Shown here: positions 14,189 through 29,100 of the stretch, piece by piece
Position numbering within the stretch: the first letter of the stretch is position 1
Layout: every line of letters begins with the position of its first letter
Assembly (NCBI RefSeq): GCF_902652985.1
Contig: NC_047021.1
Coordinates: 20,894,001 to 20,958,000, forward strand
From: Pecten maximus
Lineage: Eukaryota
DNA: 64,000 nucleotides
Direction: 5' to 3'
Program-made: the position numbers and the translations under genes
Notes under the pieces: generated by a model
The model's input: only the letters and a program-made list of their open reading frames with translations
Database searches by the model: none
Told to the model about the DNA's origin: nothing

Positions 14189-17100
14189 CTGGAAAAGACA
14201 TTAGTTGTTGTAAATATGTCATATTAGAGCCAAAGTATTCATCATCTATATTTTTTTCAGATTATGTGAAATAAAATGGTTATATTTCTGTAAGTTTTTA
14301 TCCTATAAAAAGCCCAGGGGTCAATATAATCTCTCTGATCAAGGAAGGGATGGGCATATTATATCTGTTGACAGTAGTAGGTACTCCAATAGGTGTGGGC
14401 ATTGCCACATAGATATGGTAGGATGTGTACTTTAAACAAATATCAAAGAGAAATATATGTAACTTCAAGTGTCCTACCTCTGAACTTGAGACACTTCCAG
14501 AACTGTTTGTGAGAGTCCAATGTACTGTTGATACTCTTGACAGCACTGAAATCAATGAAGTCCCACAATAACACATGGATATAATATTAATGAAAACACT
14601 TCCTTTACAGTCTCTCTCTCACTCCATATATCTGGAAAGTCCACAGATGTAGAGACCTGTTGTGTCCAGGTGTCTAGTACATTCAACATAAACATCATAC
14701 ACTTAGCATGGTACTTCTAGGAGATGCTCAATGTCAACATTCTTCAGTAATTATATAACAGCATGTTCCTAAATTTAATACAGTCAAACCTGTCTATAGC
14801 GACCGCCCAAGGGGAGGCAGAAAAACGGTCACTATAGACAGGTTGCCTTTATAGACAGGTCAAAAGTATTGCACCAACCAATTTACTTAAAACTGCCATA
14901 AATAAATTGTCATTGAACAGGGCATTCAGAAGACCAGTCAGAAGTTACATAAATGCATAAACTTTATAAATCTGAAGGGTTTAATATTTAATGATTTGTG
15001 GACCCACACACAAAATATAACTCAAAATGGTCTTATAGATTTTTTTTTTTTAATTTTGTTCTGAAATAATGCTATATGTATCTATCAAATTATCTCCCTT
15101 TCTTTCATAAATAAAGAAAAAGAATACACAATAATTAATTAATTAATTATATTTGTGTTACTACTAATTATTTTATGTTATAGTCTTACTTCTTAAAACC
15201 AAAATATTTTTTTCTAACCCAAATTGAAATCCGGATATTTGTGTCAGTTTACGACTTTTTATTAGTATTGACTAATTAAAGATGGCGGCAGTACAAACGC
15301 TAGTACCGACAGCTACGATTAAGAAAGGCATTATTGGCTTTCATGTGAGTAAATCTTGTTGACAGATATGACCAGTGTTTGTTATTGAAGTGATGTATCC
15401 TAGTTGTAATCATAAAATTAACTGACCGTGTCAAATGAAGCCACCTGTGCACAGTTGTAATGTAATACCTATATTAACCTGTATAAAAACCTATATAGGG
15501 CACTACAACGTATTCATACAGATACAGATACAGAATACCGACACGCATGGTGACCCGACTCCTCTCCTACTGAGCCCCAGGCCAGGGCAGCTACAGTAAT
15601 TATAGGCTAACAGGTGGTAGGGGTCTTTTGTTTATATTCTCAGGCCAGGGTTGTGGTGCTCCTTTGTCTGTATAATCAAGCCAGGGTCGATGTGTCTGAA
15701 TTTTCCGGGGATTTTTATGAGGGATGACTGCCGAGAGCAGAAAATGGCTGACAGAAATCGGTCGCTATAGAAAACAAATTAGCGACCGCCGTTCCGAAAT
15801 CACCGGTCGTTAGCCACATTAGACAGGTAGTCGCTATACAGAGGGTCGTTATATAGTAAAATCTCACGGGGAATCTTAAAACCGGTCGTTATAGACAGGC
15901 AGTCGTTATATACAGGGGGTCGTTAGAGCAGGTTTGACTGTATATGTATGTCTATACTTGACTTTAATCTGACAGATGTTAATGTCTTTATCTGTCTGAT
16001 GTTAATGTCTTAATCTGTCTGATGTTAATGTCTTTATCTGTCTGATGTTGATGTCTTTATCTGTCAGATGTTGATGTCTTTATCTGTCTGATGTTGATGT
16101 CTTTATCTGTCAGATGTCAATGTCTTTATCTGTCAGATGTCAATGTCTTTATCTGTCAGATGTCAATGTCTTTATCTGTCAGATGTTGATGTCTTTATCT
16201 GTCTGATGTTGATGTCTTTATCTGTTTGATGTTGATGTATTTATCTGTCAGATGTTGATGTATTTATCTGTCAGATGTTGATGTATTTATCTGTTTGATG
16301 TTGATGTCTTTATCTGTCAGTTGTTGATGTCTTTATCTGTCAGATGTTGATGTCTTTATCTGTCAGATGTCAATGTCTTTATCTGTCAGATGTCGATGTC
16401 TATATCTGTCAGATGTTGATGTCTTTATCTGTCAGATGTTGATGTGTTTATCTGTCAGATCTCAATGTCTTTATCTGTCAGATGTCGATGTCTATATCTG
16501 TCAGATGTTGATGTCTTTATCTGTCTGATGTTGATGTCTTTATCTGTCAGATGTTGATGTCTTTATCTGTCAGATGTTGATGTCTTTATCTGTCTGATGT
16601 CAATGTCTTTATCTGTCAGATGTTGATGTCTTTATCTGTCTGATGTTGATGTCTTTATCTGTGAGATGTTGATGTCTTTATCTGTCTGATATTGATGTCT
16701 TTATCTGTCAGATGTTAATGTCTTTATCTGTCTGATGTTGATGTCTTTATCTGTGAGATGTTGATGTCTTTATCTGTCAGATGTCAATGTCTTTTTCTGT
16801 CTGATGTTGGTGTCTATATCTGTCAGATGTTGATGTCTTTATCTGTCTGATGTTGATGTCTTTATCTGTCTGATGTTGATGTCTTTATCTGTCTGATGTT
16901 GATGTCTTTATCTGTCTGATGTTGATGTCTATATCTGTCAGATGTTGATGTCTTTATCTGTCAGATGTTGATGTCTTTATCTGTCAGATGTTGATGTCTT
17001 TATCTGTCAGATGTTGATGTCTTTATCTGTTTGATGTTGATGTCTTTATCTGTCTGATGTTGATGTCTTTATCTGTCAGATGTCAATGTCTTTATCTGTC

Positions 17101-20100
17101 TGATGTTGATGTCTATATCTGTCAGATGTTGATGTCTTTATCTGTCAGATGTTGATGTCTTTATCTGTCAGATGTTGATGTCTTTATCTGCCTGATGTTG
17201 ATGTCTTTATCTGTCTGATGTCAATGTCTTTATCTGTCAGATGTCAATGTCTTTATCTGTCAGATGTCGATGTCTTTATCTGTCTGATGTTGATGTCTTT
17301 ATCTGTCTGATGTTGATGTCTTTATCTGTCAGATGTTGATGTCTTTATCTGTCTGATGTTGATGTCTTTATCTGTCAGATGTCAATGTCTTTATCTGTCA
17401 GATGTTGATGTCTTTATCGGTGAGATTTTGATGTCTTTATCTGTCAGATGTTGATGTCTTTATCTGTCTTATGATGATGCCTTTATCTGTCTGATATTGA
17501 TGTCTTTATCTGTCAGATATTGATGTCTTTATCTGTCAGATGTCAATGTCTTTATCTGTCAGATGTCAATGTCTTTATCTGTCAGATATTGATGTCTTTA
17601 TCTGTCAGATGTTGATGTCTTTATCTGTCAGATGTTGATGTCTTTATCTGTCAGATGTTGATGTCTTTATCTGTCTGATATTGATGTCTTTATCTGTCTG
17701 ATGTTGATGTCTTTATCTGTCTGATGTTGATGTCTTTATCTGTCTGATATTGATGTCTTTATCTGTCAGATGTTGATGTCTTTATCTGTCTGATGTTGAT
17801 GTTGTCTGATGTCAATGTCTTTATCTGTCTGATGTCGATGTCTTTATCTGTCAGATGTTGATGTCTTTATCTGTCTGATGTTGATGTCTTTATCTGTCAG
17901 ATGTTGATGTCTTTATCTGTCTGATGTCAATGTCTTTATCTGTCAGATGTTGATGTCTTTATCTGTCAGATGTTAATGTCTTTATCTGTCAGATGTTGAT
18001 GTCTTTATCTGTCTGATGTTGATGTCTTTATCTGTCTGATGTCAATGTCTTTATCTGTCAGATGTCAATGTCTTTATCTGTCAGATGTTAATGTCTTTAT
18101 CTGTCTGATGTTGATGTCTTTATCTGTCAGATGTCAATGTCTTTATCTGTCAGATGTTGATGTCTTTATCTGTGAGATTTTGATGTCTTTATCTGTGAGA
18201 TTTTGATGTCTTTATCTGTCAGATGTTGATGTCTTTATCTGTCAGATATTGATGTCATTTTCTGTCAGATATTTATCACAAACATTTATATTCAGATTTT
18301 GGTCTCGATCCTTGTTTTTTTCAGATGATGATCACAGACATCAACTTTATTTCAATCTCTTTATTCATATTCGAATATACTTAGTTTTAAATGTCACATG
18401 TTGATATCTGAAATCAGCAAGATTACCCACATGAACAGGTAAGAAACACAAAAAGTACCAATTTGTTGATCTGCTTGAATAAATCTATGTAAAAATTTAC
18501 CTTTCCTGAGGTTGAGCGTAAGGTAGATATGGACACGGGTCACCGAGCAGGACAGAGGTAACGGTCGCCATACTGTTTGATATGGACGACAGATTGTAGC
18601 CTCCCTGTCAAACACAAATTGAATATCGAGTTACAACAACAAAAATGTTACATGTAAAGCCAACATCTAACAAGTACAATTTTTTTTTTAAATAAACTTT
18701 AATATTGATCCTAGGAAAAAAGATATATGTATGAAGATCTTACCTCCAAGGCAACTATTACTCTCCCATTGGCCAGTGAGGACAGCATGTGGGTCATGTG
18801 ACCATACCCAGCAGGTGTGATGTGGTATCCACCCTAAAACAAACGTGTAATCATAGAGTACAGGCAATACAGAGAGATGACAAAGAAAAAAGTACAATGA
18901 CTAGTGAGCAGACAGAGTGGACGAAATCATGCGTATGTATACTATACAGGTATATATCAGCTAAAGTATGGTGTAACCTGCCTGACCACATCAGTTTTCT
19001 CCGAGAACTCCGGTTCCCATCCACAGTATAAAGACCCCTTACATGCTTCAATTGAGCAACAAGCGTAATAAATATAAGTTGACACAACTTGTTGTGTAAT
19101 TGTTACACTGTATAGACCAAGTATGAAATATACATTGATGTCTGTCTTCTTGTGTTGAATTACCTGATTTAACCTAATAAGTATGTATAACAGCAAACAA
19201 ATCTGTCTGTACTCCAAGACAAAAATAGAACGTCCAATCAAATCACAGAAACACAGTAAATTATAACTTACCAGTGGATCACCCAGGGCAGCATCAAACC
19301 CAGCCGACACCAACACAAGTTCAGGGGCAAACTATAAGGTCAAAGGTCACATCATTGTATATCAATAATGAGTACACATTTCTTTTGTTGATTCTATCCA
19401 GTTCAATAATAAATACTTTATAGACTCTCGATTTACAACAAAAATAAAATATATCGTCATTGATTTAGTTGAAAAGATTATCGTGAAACAAAACAAAGAT
19501 CAAGAATAAAATACTGAAATATACGAAGGGCAGTAACTCTTTCAAAGGTTTTTGAATCACAACGTTTATCAAGTTTCAAAGCAATCGGTTTGAAAATATC
19601 CGAGGAGATCTCCTGAAAAACACAAGTTTTTGCTTGATGCTGGACAGAAGGATGGACAGAGGAAATCTCGGGACAAATACAAAGTTAATGTCAGAAGAAA
19701 GAACACCATATCACAATACTGTTGTAAACTTTTGATATATCTAAGAACATTGATTAATTTAGATGTAATTACATGAGACATATGTTTCCCCTATGTAAAT
19801 TAGTGCCATGTAAATTGTTGAGTTTTACCTCATAAGCAATGGGCATCACTACTTGTTGGAAGGCAGCCTTGTATTCTGCATCACCTTTGGGGCCCTTTGA
19901 TTAAAAAATAATCATTTATTTTGTAAATTAAAAAAAAAAACTGTTACAACATTAAAACAATATTTCTTTTCTCTCAATCAAAGAGTTAGATTTGTGCTTA
20001 AAGAAAACAAAAAACAATGATATTTGCAAACTATATTATGGATTCAAAAGAAAAAGTGATAAAAGAGTTTTATTAAGTACATGTAGCAACAGAATGCATG

Positions 20101-23100
20101 CATATATCCATTTCTACTTTAAGATCAAGACAAGCGACATGACATGATCCTATCCTGCTGTAGAAGAGAAATTTTGCTAAATTAGAACATCCTATAAATC
20201 TGTTTGCAAAATAAAATTCAACTAGAACTGTCGCCAGGATGGCTGACTAATACCCCCGCAATCTGCAGGGGTAAATGGTGAATTGGAACTGTTAATTAGA
20301 GGCTAACTAAGATAACCTGTGCATGCCGATATTTCTGAAATTCAGAATGTCTCAAATAAGATTTGTTCACAATAAAGAGAATTCAGGGACAAGTTGCCAT
20401 AGCAACCATAATTGAAAGTGGCATGCACATCTACACATGGTCCTCTACATTTGTGTGAAGTTTCATTGAAATCGGCTCTTCGGTTTAGGAGGAGTTGTCC
20501 GGACAAACTTAAAGTTATAGTTCTTATTGGAAAACCTGTTTATAGTGACCAGTTGCCATAGCAACCATAATTTTAAGGAAAAGAAAGTGAGATGCACATC
20601 TACACATAGTCCTCTATATTTGTGTTAAGTTTCATTGAAATCGTCCCTTTGGTTTAGGAGTTGTCCGGACAAACTTAAAGTTATGGTTCTTATCGGAAAA
20701 CCTGTTTATAGTGACCAGTTGCCATAGCAACCATAATTTTTTGATGGACGGATGGATGGATGGACGGACGGACGGACGGACGGACGGACGGACGAACGAC
20801 CTGATTACAGTATACCCCCCTAACTTTGTTGCGGAGGTATAAAAACACATTACCTCATTGAATGGAATGTTAACATTGAACCCATTTCCTGCCTCCGACC
20901 CGGTCATATTGTGATTTCCATCAGTAGAGCTCGGATAGAAGAAACTATGGTCATATCGATGGAGACTGATGAAAAGGATGCTGTAACATAAACATAACAG
21001 AAAATTTTTATCTGTAGTGAGACCTGTCTAATTAAATAGTGTCCAATAAAACACATATAGTAAAACCTGTGTAATCTGACACCATGTAAGATCCAAAAAC
21101 TTATATACACAATAAAACCTGTGTAATCAGACACCATGTAAGATCCAACAACTTATATATACATTAAAACCTGTGTAATATGACACCATGTAATATCCAA
21201 CAACTTATATACACAGTAAAACCTGTGTAATCCGACACCATGTAAGATCCAACAATTTATATACACAGTAAAACCTGTCTAAAGTGACACCATGTAATAT
21301 CCAACAACTTATACATACAGTAAAACCTGTGTAATCTGACACCATGTAATATCCAACAACTTATACATACAGTAAAACCTGTGTAATCTGACACCATGTA
21401 ATATCCAACAACTTGTACATACAGTAAAATCTGTGTAATCTGACACCATGTAAGATCCAACAACTTATATACACAGTTAATATAATAATACTGTAAAACC
21501 TGTCTAATCTGACACCATGTAATATCCAACAATTTTATACACAATAAAACCTGTGTAATCTGACACCATGTAAGATCCAACAACTTATATACACAGTAAA
21601 CCCTGTGTAATCCGACACCATGTAATATCCAACAACTTATATACACAGTAAAACCTTTCTAATTTAACACCATGTAAGATCCAACAACTTATATACAATG
21701 TACACAGATAAACCTATCTAATTTAACACTATGTAAGATCCAACAACTTATATACACAGATAATATAATAATACAGTAAAACCTGTGTAATATGACACCA
21801 TGTAAGATCCAACAACTTATATACACAGTAAAACCTGTGTAATCCGACACCATGTAATATCCAACAACTTATATACACAGATAATATAATAATACAGTAA
21901 AACCTGTGTAATATGACACCATGTAAGATCCAACAACTTATATACACAGTAAAACCTGTGTAATCTGACACCATGTAAGATCCAACAACTTATATACACA
22001 GTAAAACCTGTCTAATTTGACACCACATGTAAGATCCAACAACTTATATACACAGTTGTACTATATAACCTAAGCCTCAGCAATAAGGGTAAAATGTCTT
22101 GCCCAAGGACAAAACCACGACTGCACAGACTTGTTCTGTTTCTCAACCTCCCAATAAACACAAACCGCCACAAATAGAGAGCATCAAACTTTGCACCTCC
22201 GATCTTCACCTGAGGATAAATTGGCCGAAACCGGCTGAGCTAGTGCAGCCCACTTCGTGATATTGCATAGGAAAAAAGAATAAAATTTCATTTGATTGAT
22301 TCTTGAATATTTCCTTAACAAATTTAAGGTTAAGGCTTTTCAGATTTTTTTTCTCAATCAACGATCATTGCTGAAGAAATAAATCTGACAAAATGATATT
22401 GGAGTAATCCCTGTACCATGTCGGTAAACATTTACAATTATGGATATCTTTATAAGATTTCTTTTGCAGAAAATGCAGATATAAACAAAGGGAAAATTTT
22501 CACTACTCGTATACATTATCTGTTATTACCTTGGATCCTCATAAAAGCTGTGCTGTGTTCCATTTCCATGGTGAACATCCCAGTCGAGAATCAAAACCCT
22601 GTGCATAGTTGAGACAGGTACACATACATTTTATATACAGGTACATTCTATAATCTACTATTCTGTTAAAGTTACACATTCTGACAACCACCAGTAAATG
22701 ATATGAGATAAACTATAATACATCAACATGATAATTTTTTGCAGTGAAACTAAATATGTTCTGAGAGTAGGTTACAATCTACTAGCAAGAGTATATATGG
22801 TTATCTGTGATAAATGCTTAGTTATACCATACAAATAATCACTTTATGTTTCTATGGTTATCTGTGATAAATGCTTAGTTATACCATACAAATAATCACT
22901 TTATGTTTCTATGGTTATCTGTGATAAATGCTTAGTTATACCATGTAAATGATCACTTTATGTTTCTATGGTTATCTGTGATAAATGCTTAGTTATACCA
23001 TGCAAATGATCACTTTATGTTTCTATGGTTATCTGTGATAAATGCTCAGTTATACTGTGCAAATCTGTGATAAATGCTTAGTTATACCATGCAAATGATC

Positions 23101-26100
23101 ACTTTATGTTTCTATGGTTATCTGTGATAAATGCTTAGTTATACCATACAAATAATCACTTTATGTTTCTATGGTTATCTGTGATAAATGCTCAGTTATA
23201 CTGTGCAAATCTGTGATAAATGCTTAGTTATACTGTGCAAATAATCACTTTATGTTTCTATGGTTATCTGTGATAAATACTCATTATACTGTGTAAATGA
23301 TCACTGTATGTTTCTATGGTTACCTGTGATAAATGCTTAGTTATACTGTGCAATTGATTACTTTATGTTGTGAGATAAGGTCAGGTGATAAGCATTCACA
23401 TGACTATGATTTTTTAACCTCATGTTGAAATCAATTTTCACCAACCATGAAAATTGCAAAATATATATTATATAGTATATGAAATGAGTTGAAGAACAAA
23501 ATGACAGATTCTTACCGTTTTATTCCGAATTTGTTTTGAGCATATTTGGCTGCAATGGCAACACTGTTGAAGAAACAGAATCCCATGGCCTTTGTACATT
23601 CCGCGTGGTGACCAGGAGGCCTTAATAAATTAACAAAATTCAAATAATTAAATTTCTACCAACAATACCTTTATTAGACAAAAAATTCTTTGGTTGTATT
23701 TTAAGGAAATGACCTGAATTTTTTTTCATGACCAGGGCTTTTTCTCCCTAATTTGGGATTTGGCCTCTAACTGGTAATTTTGGGAACTTGGCCTAAATAC
23801 GAAATAATTTAAATTGGGAATGGAGTCCATTATCCATCCCAAAAAGCCCTCAGAAAATGTCTTAAATTAAATGAGAATAAATATGAAGGTATTTCAGAAC
23901 TTTTATATGATTTGTTCAAAACAGATAAGTTTATCTTGTGTAATTTTCAAATCTGTCCATATTAATTCATAAAGTCTGAAATCTCTGGTTTACTTAATAT
24001 CCTTATATCACAGTAAGGAAGCTAACATATCTCCGTACTATTAGAGATAACAGGCTAACATATCTCCGTACTATTAGAGATAACAGGCTAACATATCTCT
24101 GTACTATTAGAGATAACAGGCTAACATATCTCCGTACTATTAGAGATAACAGGCTAACATATCTCCGTACTATTAGAGATAACAGTAAGTAAAGATGCAG
24201 TCTGAAGTGAGTATCAATGTCACAGTAAGGTGGCATACTTTCTTAAAAACCCACTATTGGCCTACATCACAACAGCTACCCCACTTTAGCCTACCTCACC
24301 ACAACTACCCCACTGTTGGCCTACCTCACCACAGCTACCCCATTGTTGGCCTACCTCACCACAACTACCCCACTTTTGGCCTACCTCACCACAGCTACCC
24401 CACTGTTGGCCTACCTCATCACAGCTACCCCACTGTTGGCCTACCTCACCACAGCTACCCCACTGTTGGCCTACCTCACCACAGCTACCCCACTGTTGGC
24501 CTACCTCACCACAACTACCCCACTGTTGGCCTACCTCACCACAACTACCCCACTGTTGGCCTACCTCACCACAGCTACCCCACTGTTGGCCTACCTCACC
24601 ACAGCTACCCCACTGTTGGCCTACCTCACCACAGCTACCCCACTGTTGGCCTACCTCACCACAGCTACCCCACTGTTGGCCTACCTCACCACAGCTACCC
24701 CACTGTTGGCCTACCTCACCACAGCTACCCCACTGTTGGCCTACCTCACCACAGCTACCCCACTGTTGGCCTACCTCACCACAGCTACCCACTGTTGGCT
24801 CACCTCACCACAGCTACCCACTGTTGGCCTACCTCACCACAGCTACCCCTCTGTTGGCCTACCTCACCACAGCTACCCCACTGTTGGCTCACCTCACCAC
24901 AACTCCCCCACTGTTGGCATACCTCACCACAGCTACCCGACTGTTGGCTCACCTCACCACAACTACCCCTCTGTTGGCCTACCTCACCACAGCGACCCCA
25001 CTATTGGCCTGTCCTGACAACACAGCATCCGTTACACTAAGAACACATCCTGCTGCCATCCTGGCACACACATTGGTTTCCTGAACAGAAGAAGAAACAC
25101 AGTACTGTCAAAAAAGTATTCAATATGTCACCTATTAACTGAGACAAAAACCTTGAAACATTATTCCCTTTCTCATGCAATTATTGTTATATCAATTTGC
25201 CTTTCTGTCCCTTAGATTGATAAGAAGAACTTGTGTAACTAGTGTAAAGAAATAACTGCTGACTGAAAGATGATTTGCATGTGCTGAAATTTGGAACATT
25301 ATCAAGTCACTTTTTATAACGCAGATATTGTCCAATTTAGAGATAGGTTAGTTTGCTATGATGTACACTGAGGAAGCATTGAAGTTAGGTCTCAATCTTA
25401 CCGGGCACATATAGATGGAATTGAAGCTATGCTGTAAATTTCTTAGTTCCATGGGAGGTAACTCTGCTGATGCTTGCATCTGTTCTATGTAGGATGAACT
25501 AAGGAGACAAAATAGTGTGTTATTACAATGAAGAGCTATCACAAAACATGTAACTACAACAATTACAAGTGACAACTAGATTGACAGGTACCCTACATCA
25601 GAGGACCTAAAGGTCTTGTTTTAATACCTGATCAATTATTATACTGGTTATTATATTTTGATTTTTTGGGGTATTTTTGGTTATTTTTGGGCCTTTTCAG
25701 AATATATTTCTTTGTATAAGAGCTGTGGTATCACAGTTACTACTATAGCAGGAATATATCTAGAAGTGCCTATAGATTGATTAAGAAGTTATTCAAGGGT
25801 AATATTTCAATATCTTACAATTCATAATTATAAACATAAGATTAATTGGAATTTTTTTTTAATACTGTATAATAATTTCTTTTCCTATTTCTATCATATT
25901 TATGTTGTTAGGGTAGTTGATCTTGACAAATCTAGATACTAAATATTACCTGTGTACAGTCTGTATTTCTCCATCTGTAGCGAGCCGAGACTGTAATCAA
26001 CAGGTAAATATATATGATCACAACAGTTATCTCTCATATATCATTGTTACAATATCATGTCATACATGCAAATGTACATCTCAACATGTAATGACATAAT

Positions 26101-29100
26101 GCAGAATTCTCCCTAATATCACCTTCCCCGATTCTTTAGATGAAATCTTAAAATTTCTTTTCCATGCAATAAGACAGGTAAGATTATGGTCTAGTTAAAA
26201 CTTGGAATTAACAAATATTGCATGGATGAATGATTTTTATTCGAAATACTCTATCTCATTATACTTCTTACAAAATATTACCAAGTTTTTAGTTTTCAAC
26301 ACACAATTACACTTTAATAAGTTTACCTGGACCCGTAAACACCTATCCAACAAACCCCATTCTGAATGCTTGTCAAATATACTTGTGACGCGATCCGGGT
26401 CCTCTGGATGTCTGAAAACAAACCTCTCAATATTATAACAATACTGGTACACCAAGGGTATAATCAAATTAGAAAATTTGTTTCTACTGGACACTAAGTA
26501 CCTTTTACAATCTGGATATCTAAACTCAAACATTCCAAAGAGTTTTAATTGTAGAAGCAGAAATGAATCTATTACACTGAAACAATTGTACCAATAGAAT
26601 ATAGATCTGCCTAAAAATTTTCATTGCCCTAGCAACCAACAATTTTTACAATAAACGTAACACCCTGGATCATTTAACTTGTTTAAGTAATGTATGACTA
26701 CATATTGCATTAAAGCAATGATTTATTTGGTAGGCGGTTGCCATTCATTTATTTTCAGGTGAGGGTGACCTCTTCTTTGGAGGAGTGAAATAACTTACCC
26801 TCTGAATGTGATAGCGTGGTGGACTCGCATGCCTTCATCATACACGATACAGGTCCTACAAAAATACACCAATATAATTTATTAATAGTAAATTCTTCTA
26901 CTGCAAATGGTAAACTTAAACTCATTTTAGTACATACTATATCTTAATAACGTAATCATTTACTACAACGTAATTGTCTGATTTTGTGACGTCGTATCAG
27001 AGATCACACGTGAAATAGCCAGGGCATGGGAAAAAATTCCACTTTTTCCTGACTGGGAATAGTGTATCATATGCACACAGAGAGAAAGTTTAAACCCAGG
27101 ACACCCTTACATTTCATCCATCAAATGTACTCTTAATTAAGCTATTTTGACAGAAAAACTAGCACTGTGAAAATGAGATCTAACATAACAAATCATCACT
27201 CCGCTACATGGCTTTAACTCACTTGTTAGGGGGTGTGGCGAGGGAGGTCTCTGCGATCAGCTGATCGATGACTGGGTCAAATTTATGTTGTATAATATAC
27301 TCCTCCTCCACCCCATCCTCAAACTCGTACATGATAGGAAACTCCTTTGGTTTGTTCTCCTCTGTGACAAATGGCATATCTGGCCTAAAGTCAGAAGAAA
27401 ATGGTCCCATCAGTTTCTTAGGAACAGCAGTAAAAATCATCAAATGTCAAAATGAAAATGGCCGCTGCTTACAGAATAACTGATCATCAAAGAGAACCTA
27501 TTTGAAAAGCCAACCGAGCGCTGATGTTGAGCTGAAAATTTCACTTGAATATTGCCTCCTTGGTTTGTACAATTAAATCATGAGTAATTTATTTTCATTT
27601 TGATCTAGCTGATAAATCATTCAGCTTAGAACTTCAAAACTTAAAGAGGAGGCTGATCTTGTAATCATTGTAAACTAAACCTCCCCAACATTTATTGACA
27701 ACTGTTGAAATTTTTTCAATTACAAGACACCAGACTGTTTCTTACTTTGGAGGCATTTCGTTGACATCTTCAAAGGGACATAACTCTTCCCAGGTTAGCT
27801 CTGTCTGGTAGCTAAAACAGCTCCAGTATGGACGTAGAACTTTGATCACATTCAGGATGGTGGATGTTATACTGTAACAATATCAAGTGTTCATTGCAGT
27901 ATGGGGGCTGACTAGACAACAAATTTGAAAATGAAGCCATGTTATTTCCTTAAACTGCACAATATTTTGTGAAATATCATAAAAATACAACATAACAAAA
28001 ATAATCTAGGCTATCAACCAAACCATTAATAATTCTTTCATACAGTTATACCTATATATAGCAAGCATTAACAGTTTATATCATTGCGATATAACATTAA
28101 AATCTCCATTTTTCAATTGTACATGTATGCTTTATAGAAAGCGTTCTCAGGAAAACCTTGTTTCAAAAATGTAAAAAGGAAATCAAAGAGCAAGTAGGAA
28201 TGACTTGTTCTTAAAGGGTTTTGTGGTGATATACTTACCTTGATAGTGCCTAACGAGGTAATACACACCTGTGACAAGGGTCGCCCATGGCAGGCAACAT
28301 AGGACAGGAGTCGCCAAGGAGAGTTCTCAATGTTAGAGCCACTGCCTCAGACAGCGATTTTATACAGTACCCACCCTGTAACATTACATGTTATACCACT
28401 GACACAGTTATAACTTATAATTCGTAGGCTAGAGGCAAGTTAAAGGGCTAAGTTTATTTAGGGTAAAACTACAATTTGTATCCATACCTCCAAACATATA
28501 CACACACGCCCCTCTGCCAGCGACATCAACGTATGGGTCATGTGGGCGTAAGCTACTGGAGTAACTCGCATCTCACCCTGTCAATCAAACAAAAAATATG
28601 TAAAGAATTTGGATGTGTAAGAGGTCCAGCAGGTCAATAAAGCTTACTAATAACACAGATCAACCAGGTCAATAAAGCTTACCAATAACACAGATCAACC
28701 AGGTCAATAAAGTTTATCACTGACATATATCAACAGTAAAGGACACAGTCATTGTAAGAACATTGACAATGTTTATTAGCTAAAATCAATATTTATTATA
28801 TTTATCTATTCAAATCATAACTAAAAATGACAAAATCACTGATCATAATATATATACAACAGGAAATATATATTCTTTAAGAACATTTCTTAGGATAATA
28901 AGATATATGCAAAATTAGAATTCTGAATGCTGACTTTGTCATGCAGCCAATGCAATTCAACTATCATTGTAACAGATAGAAATTAATTATCAGAAATGTC
29001 TGCTTACATAATGTATATATCGCAGCAACATCCTTGGATCCTACTCTATATGTATTTCACATAGCTAACTTAAAACAACCCATGGATCCTACTCATTCAA

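Noticed and set aside
24195-25084. Several long repetitive ORFs on both strands
   Set aside because: Translations of the 30-bp array; the true coding frame has a stop in each unit
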